From Clostridia bacterium (lineage in GTDB: Bacteria > Bacillota > Clostridia > Oscillospirales > RGIG8002), in NCBI GenBank assembly GCA_017453725.1, contig JAFTEJ010000057.1:1-43887 (forward strand): DNA of 43,887 nucleotides, given 5' to 3'. Under the pieces are notes generated by a model. It had not been told where the DNA came from, made no database searches, and worked only from the letters and a program-made list of their open reading frames with translations. Within the stretch, counting starts at the first letter, position 1. Every line of letters starts with the position of its first letter. The translations under genes were made by a program, and so were the position numbers. This document shows, piece by piece, positions 1 to 8,088 of the stretch.

Positions 1-149
1 TCCACTGCGTAGGGCTTTTTTTCGACACCTAACCAAAGGGTCTCCGAATCCGCCAGGAATTCCGGTCCGTCGCAGAACACGTTGAGCTTCAGTTCGCCTT
101 TTATTCCGCGGACGGCAACGAACCTGCCGGCCTCCAAAAACTCATTCAT
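1..149 (-). CDS. rimM: 16S rRNA processing protein RimM, N-terminal part (runs off the left edge)
   Basis: Absent from the ORF track because it is truncated. Reverse complement of 1-149 reads MNEFLEAGRFVAVRGIKGELKLNVFCDGPEFLADSETLWLGVEKKPYAV, a RimM-like N-terminus. It sits in the canonical ffh-rpsP-KH-rimM order. Confidence 0.7.
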   Translation of the reverse strand, partial: MNEFLEAGRFVAVRGIKGELKLNVFCDGPEFLADSETLWLGVEKKPYAV

Positions 150-227
150 AACGATCTTCCCATCGTCGTTATTGCGGTCCCGCCGTTAAACGGCGGGCGA
201 TGGATAAGCGCAGTCCGCGCCGGAACG

Positions 228-461
228 TCAGTCGACGATCTCGACGGAGACCTTTTTATCCTCGCGGGTCGCGGCGGCGCGGAGCAGCGTGCGGATAGCC
301 TTCGCGATCCTGCCCTGCTTGCCGATGACGCGCCCCATATCGCCGTCCGCTACGCGCAGGTAGAAAACGACGGTGCCGTCCTCGGCGACCTGCTCCTCGA
401 CGCTTACCTCGTCGGGTTTCTCAACGAGGCTCTGAGCCAGAGCGATAAGCAAATCCTTCAT
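228..461 (-). CDS. khpA: KH-domain RNA-binding protein (YlqC/KhpA, UPF0109 family)
   Basis: 77-aa ORF with the KH GxxG loop (VIGKQGRIAKAIR), in the conserved position between rpsP and rimM. Confidence 0.75.
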   Translation of the reverse strand: MKDLLIALAQSLVEKPDEVSVEEQVAEDGTVVFYLRVADGDMGRVIGKQGRIAKAIRTLLRAAATREDKKVSVEIVD

Positions 462-497
462 TATTGTTACCTCCTGTGGAGTATTGGAAAGGCTTAC

Positions 498-743
498 TTA
501 CTTGATTATGCCGTTCTTCTTCAGGAGCGCCTTGACGGTATCGGTGGGCTGAGCGCCGTTCTTGAGCCACTTTTCGACCTTCTCGGCGTCGACCTTGACG
601 TCGGAGGGCTCAGTCAGCGGGTTATAGTAGCCGATCTCCTCAATGAAGCGGCCGTCTCTCGGATATCTGGAATCCGCGACGACGATCCTGTAGAAGGGTT
701 GTTTCTTCGCGCCCATGCGGCGCAGTCTGATTTTTACTGCCAT
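498..743 (-). CDS. rpsP: 30S ribosomal protein S16
   Basis: 81 aa. [26 protein letters not shown] is the typical bS16 N-terminus. Lies directly downstream of ffh. Confidence 0.95.
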   Translation of the reverse strand: MAVKIRLRRMGAKKQPFYRIVVADSRYPRDGRFIEEIGYYNPLTEPSDVKVDAEKVEKWLKNGAQPTDTVKALLKKNGIIK

Positions 744-771
744 TGTTGTTTGCCTCCATATATTTGTTTTT

Positions 772-2115
772 TTATAGACTCCAGTCCGGCGGAAGCTGTC
801 CGCCTTTTCTGAACTTACCGAATTTGCCCGACTTAGTGAACTTCTTCATCAAGTCTTTCGTCTGCTCGTACTGCTTGATGAGCCTGTTCACCTGCTGGAC
901 GTTTGTGCCGCTGCCGTCGGCGATGCGCTTGCGGCGCGAAGCGTTGAGCAGCGAAGGGTTGGAGCGCTCCGCCGGCGTCATTGAAAGGATGATCGCCTCC
1001 ATACGCGGGAACGCCTTCTCGTCGATGGAATTCTCGTCTATCCCCTGCGTGCCGGGGAGCATACCGATCAGCTTCTTTATCGAGCCCATCTTTTTGACCT
1101 GTCGGAACTGCATAAGCATATCGTTGAGGTCGAACTTGTTCTTCTCGATCCTGGCGAGAAGCTCCTCGCCCTGCTTCTCGTCGAACTCCGCCTCCGCCTT
1201 CTCGATGAAGGAGAGCATATCGCCCATACCGAGGATGCGGGACGCGGCGCGGTCGGGATAGAACGGCTCGAGCTCGTCTATCTTCTCGCCGACGCCGGTG
1301 AACTTGATGGGCTTGCCGGTTATGTGACGGACCGCGAGCGCGGCGCCTCCGCGGGTGTCGCCGTCGAGCTTGGTGAGTATAACGCCGTCGATCTCGAGCT
1401 TCTCATTGAAGCTCTTGGCGACGTTGACCGCGTCCTGACCGGTCATCGCGTCGATGACAAGCAGGATCTCATGCGGCTCCGTGCGGCGTTTTATCTCCGC
1501 GAGCTCATCCATCAGCGCCTCGTCTATGTGGAGGCGGCCGGCGGTGTCGATGAGCACGAGGTCGTTGCCGTACTGCTTCGCGTGCTTCACGGCGTTCTCG
1601 GCGATGCGGGGCGGATCCTTGGATCCGTCCTCGGAATAGACCGGCAGACCGTTCTTTTCGCCGAGCACCTTGAGCTGATCGATCGCGGCGGGACGGTAGA
1701 CGTCGCAGGCGACCATCAGCGGGCGCTTGCCCTGCTTCTTGAAGTGCATCGCGAGCTGTGCGCAGTGGGTAGTCTTACCGGAGCCCTGCAGACCCGCGAG
1801 AAGCACGACCGTCGGGGGCTTGTTTGAGAAATCTATCTTCGCCTCGCTCTCGCCCATAAGCGCGATGAGCTCGTCGCGGACGATCTTGATGACCATCTGC
1901 ACGGGCGTCAGGCTTTCCATGACCGCGGCGCCCTTCGCCTTCGCGCTGACGGAGGCGATGAAGTCCTTTACGACGACGTAGCTGACGTCGGCCTCAAGGA
2001 GCGCGAGCTTGACCTCGCGCATCGCGGTGTTTATGTCGTTCTCGTTCAGCTTGCCCTTGGAGCCGAGCCGACGGAAAACGCTGTTCAGTTTTTGGCTCAG
2101 GCTTTCAAACGCCAT
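772..2115 (-). CDS. ffh: Signal recognition particle protein Ffh
   Basis: 447 aa. SRP54 N and G domains ([10 protein letters not shown]-loop, DTAGR, TKLDGD) and a Met-rich M domain at the C-terminus. Confidence 0.95.
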   Translation of the reverse strand: MAFESLSQKLNSVFRRLGSKGKLNENDINTAMREVKLALLEADVSYVVVKDFIASVSAKAKGAAVMESLTPVQMVIKIVRDELIALMGESEAKIDFSNKPPTVVLLAGLQGSGKTTHCAQLAMHFKKQGKRPLMVACDVYRPAAIDQLKVLGEKNGLPVYSEDGSKDPPRIAENAVKHAKQYGNDLVLIDTAGRLHIDEALMDELAEIKRRTEPHEILLVIDAMTGQDAVNVAKSFNEKLEIDGVILTKLDGDTRGGAALAVRHITGKPIKFTGVGEKIDELEPFYPDRAASRILGMGDMLSFIEKAEAEFDEKQGEELLARIEKNKFDLNDMLMQFRQVKKMGSIKKLIGMLPGTQGIDENSIDEKAFPRMEAIILSMTPAERSNPSLLNASRRKRIADGSGTNVQQVNRLIKQYEQTKDLMKKFTKSGKFGKFRKGGQLPPDWSL

Positions 2116-2117
2116 TG

Positions 2118-2465
2118 TTACACATCCCGTGAATTGATGGAATCGACGATCTCACGCAGACGCGAGGCGAGCGGCTCTGGAGCCTCCTGCGCAAGCAGCG
2201 AAAGCCGCGCGGCTATCGCGGCGCGTTCTCGGCCTGCCGCGTCCTCCCTCTCGATCAGCCTCAGCTCCGCCTCGGACTTCTCAAGCGAAGCCTCCCCGCG
2301 TTTGAGCAGGTCGCGGACGCCCTGACGGGTGATGCCGAGGTTTTCCGAGACCTCGGCGAGGGAAAGATCATCGTAGTAGTATTGAAACATACACGCGCGC
2401 TGCTTTTCGGGCAGGAGCCCGCCGTAAAAATCAAGCAGCCGCGAGAAATAAACCTTGCGTTCCAT
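2118..2465 (-). CDS. ylxM: YlxM/p13-like putative HTH DNA-binding protein (UPF0122) of the SRP operon
   Basis: 115 aa. LLDFYGGLLPEKQRACMFQYYYDDLSLAEVSENLGITRQGVRDLLKR is a sigma-70 region-4-like HTH. Ends 2 nt before ffh, as in other Firmicutes. Confidence 0.85.
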   Translation of the reverse strand: MERKVYFSRLLDFYGGLLPEKQRACMFQYYYDDLSLAEVSENLGITRQGVRDLLKRGEASLEKSEAELRLIEREDAAGRERAAIAARLSLLAQEAPEPLASRLREIVDSINSRDV

Positions 2466-2494
2466 ATCAAACGCTCCCGTGCGGCGGACCGCAG

Positions 2495-2523
2495 TTGCTG
2501 TAAAGTTAAAACCTTTACAGCAA
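2495..2523. promoter_or_regulatory. Perfect 11-bp inverted repeat TTGCTGTAAAG-N7-CTTTACAGCAA next to the -10 of the ylxM-ffh promoter
   Basis: Read directly: arms at 2495-2505 and 2513-2523. Lies 30-58 nt upstream of the ylxM start codon and immediately downstream of the predicted -10. Confidence 0.5.
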
Positions 2524-2524
2524 G

Positions 2525-2553
2525 ATTATAACCGCCTACGCCGTTTTTGTCAA
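2525..2553 (-). promoter_or_regulatory. Consensus sigma-70/SigA promoter of the ylxM-ffh-rpsP operon
   Basis: On the minus strand: TTGACA (2548-2553), a 17-nt spacer, then TATAAT (2525-2530). Confidence 0.7.
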
Positions 2554-2680
2554 GGGGTTTTGCGAATTTTTCTTTTTCGGCCTTTTCCGCGCGAAAAAGC
2601 CCCGCCGACGGGCGAGGCAGATCAAGGATAAATCGAGTTTCGAACGGCTGTTTCCGATTTGCGCGCCCAAACGGCAGGGC

Positions 2681-3256
2681 TCATAAATCAAGTATCGTTC
2701 CGGTCGTGACGAGGGTCACGGCGCGGTCGAGCTTGCGCGCGTAGCGCAGAGTGTAATACGTTCCGCCGGAGTCGGAGCCGTTATAGACGCCGACGACGTA
2801 AGCGGAGTTATCCACCATAAAGCGGTCCCGCTCGTGGTTGCACCAGGGGGTATAATTCTCCGAGACGGTCACGACCGCGTCGCAGCGGTCGAGCAGCGCC
2901 TCGTAACGCCGCTTCGCTTCGCCGGAGGCGCGGGACATCTGCGCCGGGCTCGGACGCGCCGCGATCAGCCGCAGCGGAATTCCCTCACCGCGCAGCCGGA
3001 CGCATATCTCGCCAGCCCACGTATCGATTCCCTGCGCCATACCCGTCAGAAAGGTATCGACGCCGAGCCCGACGTGGCGCAGGATCTCCTCGCGGAGCCG
3101 CGCCTTTACGCGTTCGCCCTCCGCGCTCTCCTCCGCGAAACCGAGCGAAGCCGGGCGGTGCCCCGTGAAGCAGCAGGTGCGATCCGGTATTATCGCCGAG
3201 CCGTCGGGAAGGATAAACCCCGCGTTATTCTCTTTTGAAATATGAATATCGTTCAT
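2681..3256 (-). CDS. SLOG-fold DUF1273 family protein (YpsA-like)
   Basis: 191 aa. CCFTGHRP motif followed by FLTGMAQGIDTWAGE, the DUF1273/SLOG pattern. Its start lies 1 nt after the pcrA stop codon. Confidence 0.7.
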   Translation of the reverse strand: MNDIHISKENNAGFILPDGSAIIPDRTCCFTGHRPASLGFAEESAEGERVKARLREEILRHVGLGVDTFLTGMAQGIDTWAGEICVRLRGEGIPLRLIAARPSPAQMSRASGEAKRRYEALLDRCDAVVTVSENYTPWCNHERDRFMVDNSAYVVGVYNGSDSGGTYYTLRYARKLDRAVTLVTTGTILDL

Positions 3257-3257
3257 A

Positions 3258-5645
3258 TTATATCTTTTCTATCGGGGCGTAGTTCGCCATTATCTTCTTT
3301 TTGCCGACGGGGAAATCGACCTCGAGCAGCGAGTCGTTGCCCATCGGAATCGCCGAAAGCACGGTGCCCTCGCCGAAGGTGGAATGCCTCACGCGGTCGC
3401 CGACGGCAAAGCTCTTGCCCGCTTTCGGCGCGGAGGCGGCGGACTTCTGCGGACGCCCCGTCGGCGGGCGCTTGGGCGCGTAGGTTGAGCGCGTGCCGGT
3501 GAAGAAGTCGCCGAAGTCGACCTTCGCGGCGCGTTTCGGGAGCGTATCGGTCTTTTCGACGTATTCGTCGGGCAGCTCACCGAGGAAGCGCGAAGGCTGC
3601 TTGAAACGCGTCGCGCCGTAAAGCAGGCGCTGCTCGGCACGGGTCAGGAACAGCTTTTCGCGGGCGCGGGTGACGCCGACGTACATCAGGCGGCGCTCCT
3701 CCTCGATCTCGCCGTCCTCGTAGGAGCGCATCGACGGGAAAAGCTCCTCCTCCAGCCCGGTGATGAAGACGGTGTTGAACTCCAGCCCCTTGGCGTTGTG
3801 GAGGGTCATAAGCACGACCGCGTCGGCGTTCTTGTCGTATTCGTCGATGTCGGTGACGAGGGACATATCCTCGAGAAATCCGCCGAGGGTAGGCTCCTCG
3901 CCGGCGGCGAGCTTGTCGTTCTTGTAGCGGATGAGCATCGAGCCGAGCTCGAGGACGTTATCCGCGCGGTCGAGCCCGTCGCGGTCGCGCTCCGCCGCGA
4001 GCATCGCCATATAGCCGCTTTTTTCCGCGACCGTCTTGACGATATCCTCGAAGGGCGCGCTCAGCGCCGCGTCGGTCAGCTCGTCGAGCAGGGCGCAGAA
4101 ATCCGCGAGCTTCGCCTTCGAGCGCTCGAGGTCGGGATAGTTCTCCGCCTCGCGTATGACGTTTATTATCGGCTCGCCGAGCCCCGCGGCGATACGCTCC
4201 GCCGCTTCGACCGTGGCGTCGCCTATGCCTCGCTTAGGCGTGTTGATCACGCGTTTCAGGCGCAGGTCGTCGCTCGGATTCGCGATGACGCAGAGGTAGG
4301 AAACGACGTCCTTTATCTCACGGCGCTCGAAGAAGCGGGTGCCTCCGATGACGCGGTTGGGTATCTTGAAGTAGTTGAGGCTCTGCTCGATCTGCGCCGC
4401 CTGCGCGTTCGTGCGGTAAAGCACCGCGCAGTCGGAAAGCCTGCCGCCTTCGCGCTGATGCTTCAGAACGCAGGCGGCGACGTAGTCGCCCTCGCCGCGC
4501 TCGTCCGCGCAGGTGCAGAGCGTGATCTTTTCGCCGAGCGGCTTATCCGTCCAGAGGTTCTTGCCCTTTCGCTCGGTGTTGTTCGCGATGACGGCGTTCG
4601 CCGCCGCGAGGATGTTGCCGGTCGAGCGGTAGTTCTGCTCGAGGCGTATGGTCACGGCGTCCTCGTAACGCTTCTCGAAATCGAGGATGTTGCGTATGGT
4701 CGCGCCGCGGAACTTGTATATGCTCTGGTCGTCGTCGCCGACGACGCAGACGGAGCGCGTCTCCTTCGTCAGCAGATAGACGAGCAGGAACTGCGCGGCG
4801 TTGGTGTCCTGGTACTCGTCGACAAGCACGAAGCGGAACTTCTCGCGCCAGTAAGCCAGGCGCTCCGGGAACTCGCGGAAGAGTCTGACGGTCAGGTTGA
4901 TGATGTCGTCGAAGTCGACGGCGTTCGCCTTTTTGAGCGTTTCGGCGTAGCGGGAATAGATCTTCGCGACGTTTTCGAGGTAGAGGTCGCCGGAGGCGTC
5001 CTTCGCGAACTCCTCCGCGTCGATGAAGGCGGACTTCGCCGCGGAGATGCGGCCGAGCACGGCGGCGGGCTTGTAGTAATCGCCCTCCAGCCCCAGCGTC
5101 TTCAGCGCGTCCTTGATCACACGCTTGGAGTCGTCCGCGTCGTAGATGGTGAAGGTGCTCGCGTAGCCGAGCGCCTCGATCTCGCGGCGCAGGATACGCA
5201 CGCAGGCGGAGTGGAAGGTGGACGCCCAGACGTCCTGCCCGGCTTCCGCGCCGCAGGAGAGCGCGATGCGCTCCTTCAGCTCGTTCGCCGCCTTGTTGGT
5301 GAAGGTGATGGCGAGCACCTGCCACGGCTTCGGCGCGTCGACGGAAAGCATTACGCGCAGTCGGTCGGAAAGCGGAGTCCGCGACTCGAGCGCGGCCTTA
5401 AGCTCCGCGACGTCGTCGGCGGTCGGGTCGAAGCAGACCTCGTCGCTGTTATATGCGTCGCCGAAGCGGAGCAGACAGGCAATCTTCTCGACGATGACCG
5501 TCGTCTTGCCGCTGCCGGCGCCCGCGAGAATCAGCAGCGGACTGCCCGAAGCGAGCACCGCTTTGCGCTGCATAGCGTTAAGGCGCTTGTATTCGTTTTC
5601 TATGTACTCCCTGCGCAGGCGCAGGAAATCGTCTTTTACGCTCAT
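3258..5645 (-). CDS. pcrA: ATP-dependent DNA helicase PcrA/UvrD (SF1)
   Basis: 795 aa. Walker A AGAGSGKTT, VDEYQDTN, YRS, VTRAREKLFL helicase motifs, and a C-terminal Tudor-like tail (GDRVRHSTFGEGTV). Confidence 0.9.
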   Translation of the reverse strand: MSVKDDFLRLRREYIENEYKRLNAMQRKAVLASGSPLLILAGAGSGKTTVIVEKIACLLRFGDAYNSDEVCFDPTADDVAELKAALESRTPLSDRLRVMLSVDAPKPWQVLAITFTNKAANELKERIALSCGAEAGQDVWASTFHSACVRILRREIEALGYASTFTIYDADDSKRVIKDALKTLGLEGDYYKPAAVLGRISAAKSAFIDAEEFAKDASGDLYLENVAKIYSRYAETLKKANAVDFDDIINLTVRLFREFPERLAYWREKFRFVLVDEYQDTNAAQFLLVYLLTKETRSVCVVGDDDQSIYKFRGATIRNILDFEKRYEDAVTIRLEQNYRSTGNILAAANAVIANNTERKGKNLWTDKPLGEKITLCTCADERGEGDYVAACVLKHQREGGRLSDCAVLYRTNAQAAQIEQSLNYFKIPNRVIGGTRFFERREIKDVVSYLCVIANPSDDLRLKRVINTPKRGIGDATVEAAERIAAGLGEPIINVIREAENYPDLERSKAKLADFCALLDELTDAALSAPFEDIVKTVAEKSGYMAMLAAERDRDGLDRADNVLELGSMLIRYKNDKLAAGEEPTLGGFLEDMSLVTDIDEYDKNADAVVLMTLHNAKGLEFNTVFITGLEEELFPSMRSYEDGEIEEERRLMYVGVTRAREKLFLTRAEQRLLYGATRFKQPSRFLGELPDEYVEKTDTLPKRAAKVDFGDFFTGTRSTYAPKRPPTGRPQKSAASAPKAGKSFAVGDRVRHSTFGEGTVLSAIPMGNDSLLEVDFPVGKKKIMANYAPIEKI

Positions 5646-5693
5646 ATCGTTCCCTTTTTCGGCTGATTCGCGATAAGGACGGTCAGCCTTGAA

Positions 5694-6488
5694 TTATATC
5701 TCATACACGCGCGAGGGCTCGTGCTGGCCCGCAGCTTCGAGGGTGCAGTCCTTTCCGACGGTCACGCCGCCGACGGCGAGGATACCGCCGACGGTGGAGA
5801 GCGCGAGCTCCGGCGTGTTGTTCTCTTCGCTCAGGTGCGCGAGGATGAAATGCTCCGCGCCGCTCTCCGCGAAGGCGCGGCAGTAGCAGGCGCTTTCCGC
5901 GTTGGAAAGATGTCCCCTGCTGCTCAGGATGCGGTCCTTCAGATAGGCGGGATAGCTGCCGCTTATCAGCATTTCCTCATCGTGGTTCGACTCTATGTAG
6001 ACAAGGCGGCAGCCGGAGATCGCGTCCGCCGCCTCCTTCGTCATCCTGCCGGTGTCGGTGCAGACCGCGAGGCGCGTCCTGCCGTCCGTGACGACGTAGC
6101 CGACGCTTTCGGCGGCGTCGTGGGAGGTGCGGAAGGAGCGCAGCGAAAGCTCGCCCATATCCGCTTCCCTGCCCGTCGGCAGCTCGTAAAACGCGCAGCC
6201 GTCGGACGCGGCACGGAGGTTCAGCGCGTTTATCGTGTTCATATTCGCGAAGACCGGCGCCTTCGTCGCGCGGACGACGTATGGCAGGCACTTGACGTGG
6301 TCGGAATGCTCGTGGGTTATGAAGATCCCCCTGACCGAGTCGGGCGCGATACCCGCGCAGCGCAGCGCCTCGACGGTGCGCCGCGACGGCACTCCCGCGT
6401 CGATGAGCACGGCGACCCCGCCGCTTTCGATACATATGCAGTTGCCTTTGCTTCCGGAGGCGATGCTGAAAAACCGCAAGGCGTTCAC
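5694..6488 (-). CDS. MBL-fold metallo-hydrolase (YycJ-like)
   Basis: HEHSDH (HxHxDH) motif and an N-terminus FFSIASGSKGNCICIE typical of YycJ-type MBL proteins. The ORF-track start at 6599 looks too long. A GGAG sits at about 6491-6496, but the exact start (GTG 6488 or TTG 6476) is uncertain. Confidence 0.75.
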   Translation of the reverse strand: MNALRFFSIASGSKGNCICIESGGVAVLIDAGVPSRRTVEALRCAGIAPDSVRGIFITHEHSDHVKCLPYVVRATKAPVFANMNTINALNLRAASDGCAFYELPTGREADMGELSLRSFRTSHDAAESVGYVVTDGRTRLAVCTDTGRMTKEAADAISGCRLVYIESNHDEEMLISGSYPAYLKDRILSSRGHLSNAESACYCRAFAESGAEHFILAHLSEENNTPELALSTVGGILAVGGVTVGKDCTLEAAGQHEPSRVYEI

Positions 6489-6579
6489 TTCTCCTTTTCG
6501 GGCGGGCGGAAGGACTCCGCGCGTTCGCGCTGCCGCACGTCTTCCCGCCGTTAAAATGCCCGGCAATATTATCAGAAAC

Positions 6580-6610
6580 GGGGCGGGCGCCGCGCCCACC
6601 CCGCCTTTTT
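6580..6610 (-). terminator. GC-rich hairpin downstream of murA (possible terminator)
   Basis: GGGGCGGGCGC / GCGCCCACCCC stem with one mismatch. The T5 run lies on the plus-strand side and the minus-strand side has only GTTTCTG, so function and orientation are unclear. Confidence 0.35.
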
Positions 6611-6648
6611 GAGTATCCGGTAAACCGGGGACAATCAGCCGACGCTTA

Positions 6649-7932
6649 TCAGCCGGCGACGTTCTCCGCGTCGGAATAGTCCTTTTTCAGACTTATGTCC
6701 GCGCCGAGCGCGTTGAGCTTCTCGATGATGTTCTCGTAGCCGCGCTCTATGTGGTGGATATGGGTTATCTCGGTCGTGCCCTCCGCCATAAGTCCGGCGA
6801 TTATCATCGCCGCGCCGGCGCGCAGGTCGGTGGCGCGGACGGGAGCGCCCTTCAGCTTATCTACTCCCTCGATGACCGCGACCTTGCCGTCGACCTCGAT
6901 ATTCGCGCCGAAGCGCTTGAGCTCGTCGACGTATTTGAAGCGGTTTTCCCAAACGCTCTCGGTTATCCTGCTCGTGCCCTTCGCAATGGAAAGCACCGCC
7001 GCGATCTGCGGCTGCATATCGGTCGGGAATCCGGGGTGCGGCATCGTCTTTATGCTCACCCTTTTCAGCGGTCCGGTACGGCTGACGTAGACGGCTTCGT
7101 CGTATTCGCGGACCTCCGCGCCCATCTCCTCGAGCTTCGCGCTGATGGACTCAAGGTGCTTCGGAATAACGTTGTTGATGAGCACCTCGCCGCCCGCGCC
7201 CGCCGCGGCGGCCATATACGTGCCCGCCTCGATCTGGTCGGGAATGAGCGCGTAGTTGCAGCCGTGAAGATGCTGGACGCCGCGTATCTTTATCGTATCT
7301 GTACCGGCGCCGCGGACGTCGGCGCCCATCGTGTTGAGGAAGTTCGCGAGGTCGACGATGTGCGGCTCCTTTGCCGCGTTCTCGATGACGGTCAGCCCCC
7401 TGGCCTTCACGGCGGCGAGCATTATGTTCACCGTCGCGCCGACGGAGACGACGTCGAGATAGACGGACGAGCCGAAGAGCCTTTCCGACTTCAGATCGAT
7501 TATGCCGCCGGTGGTGTCCACCGTCGCGCCGAGCGCCTCGAAGCCCTTTATGTGCTGGTCTATCGGGCGCACGCCTATATCGCAGCCGCCCGGCATCGGG
7601 ACGGACGCCTCGCCGAAACGTCCGGCGAGCGCGCCGAGGAAGTAGTAGCTCGCGCGCATCTTACGCGCCAGCTCGTAAGGCGGCGCGACGTTGCGCAGAC
7701 CGCGCGTGTCGATATCGAAGCTGTTGGCGGTGCACATAGTCACGGTCGCGCCCATGCTTTTCAGCGTTTCGAGCTCCGTAAAGACGTCGGAAATGTTCGG
7801 TATGTTATCTATGCGGCACACGCCGTCGGAAAGGATCGCCGCGGGAATGACCGCGATAGCGGCGTTCTTCGCGCCGCTGATATTTACTTCACCCTTGAGG
7901 CGTTTGCCTCCGTTGACGATGATGCTGTCCAA
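6649..7932 (-). CDS. murA: UDP-N-acetylglucosamine 1-carboxyvinyltransferase (MurA, copy 1)
   Basis: 427 aa. GAKNAA, catalytic-Cys loop PMPGGCDIGVRPIDQH, EPSP-synthase fold signature. TTG start at 7930-7932 preceded by GGAGGG 9 nt upstream. Confidence 0.9.
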   Translation of the reverse strand: MDSIIVNGGKRLKGEVNISGAKNAAIAVIPAAILSDGVCRIDNIPNISDVFTELETLKSMGATVTMCTANSFDIDTRGLRNVAPPYELARKMRASYYFLGALAGRFGEASVPMPGGCDIGVRPIDQHIKGFEALGATVDTTGGIIDLKSERLFGSSVYLDVVSVGATVNIMLAAVKARGLTVIENAAKEPHIVDLANFLNTMGADVRGAGTDTIKIRGVQHLHGCNYALIPDQIEAGTYMAAAAGAGGEVLINNVIPKHLESISAKLEEMGAEVREYDEAVYVSRTGPLKRVSIKTMPHPGFPTDMQPQIAAVLSIAKGTSRITESVWENRFKYVDELKRFGANIEVDGKVAVIEGVDKLKGAPVRATDLRAGAAMIIAGLMAEGTTEITHIHHIERGYENIIEKLNALGADISLKKDYSDAENVAG

Positions 7933-7986
7933 GTGGAATATCCCTCCGAATCCGGAATCGGTATTTTCACATTATAAACTCAAAAT

Positions 7987-7995
7987 ATTATAACA
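7987..7995 (-). promoter_or_regulatory. Extended -10 element (TGTTATAAT) upstream of murA
   Basis: Minus strand reads TG-T-TATAAT about 55 nt upstream of the murA start. No good -35. Confidence 0.4.
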
Positions 7996-8040
7996 CATTG
8001 AGCGCGAAAATAAAAGCCCAAATTTGATTTTTTTGTCAAA

Positions 8041-8071
8041 TTCGAGGTCGGGACTCAGTCCCGACCTCGAA
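8041..8071 (-). terminator. Perfect 14-bp hairpin after the A2M-like gene (probable terminator)
   Basis: TTCGAGGTCGGGAC-TCA-GTCCCGACCTCGAA, 18 nt after the stop codon. The minus-strand U-tract is short (UUUG), so it is not a textbook intrinsic terminator. Confidence 0.55.
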
Positions 8072-8088
8072 TCGGCTTTGTCTTGCGG

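Noticed and set aside
180-199. Palindrome CCCGCCGTT-A-AACGGCGGG between khpA and rimM.
   Set aside because: It is a short intra-operon hairpin with no U-tract. It could modulate rimM translation, but nothing distinguishes it from a chance GC palindrome.
3798-5666. 622-aa plus-strand ORF antisense to pcrA. Similar long antisense ORFs lie at 9640-13110 (1156 aa), 37490-39691 (733 aa), 6751-7977, 32573-33670 and 36364-37437.
   Set aside because: Each fully overlaps a confidently identified gene on the other strand. Their translations are Arg/Ala/Gly/Val-rich with no recognisable motifs. This is the usual stop-codon-poor antisense frame of high-GC DNA.
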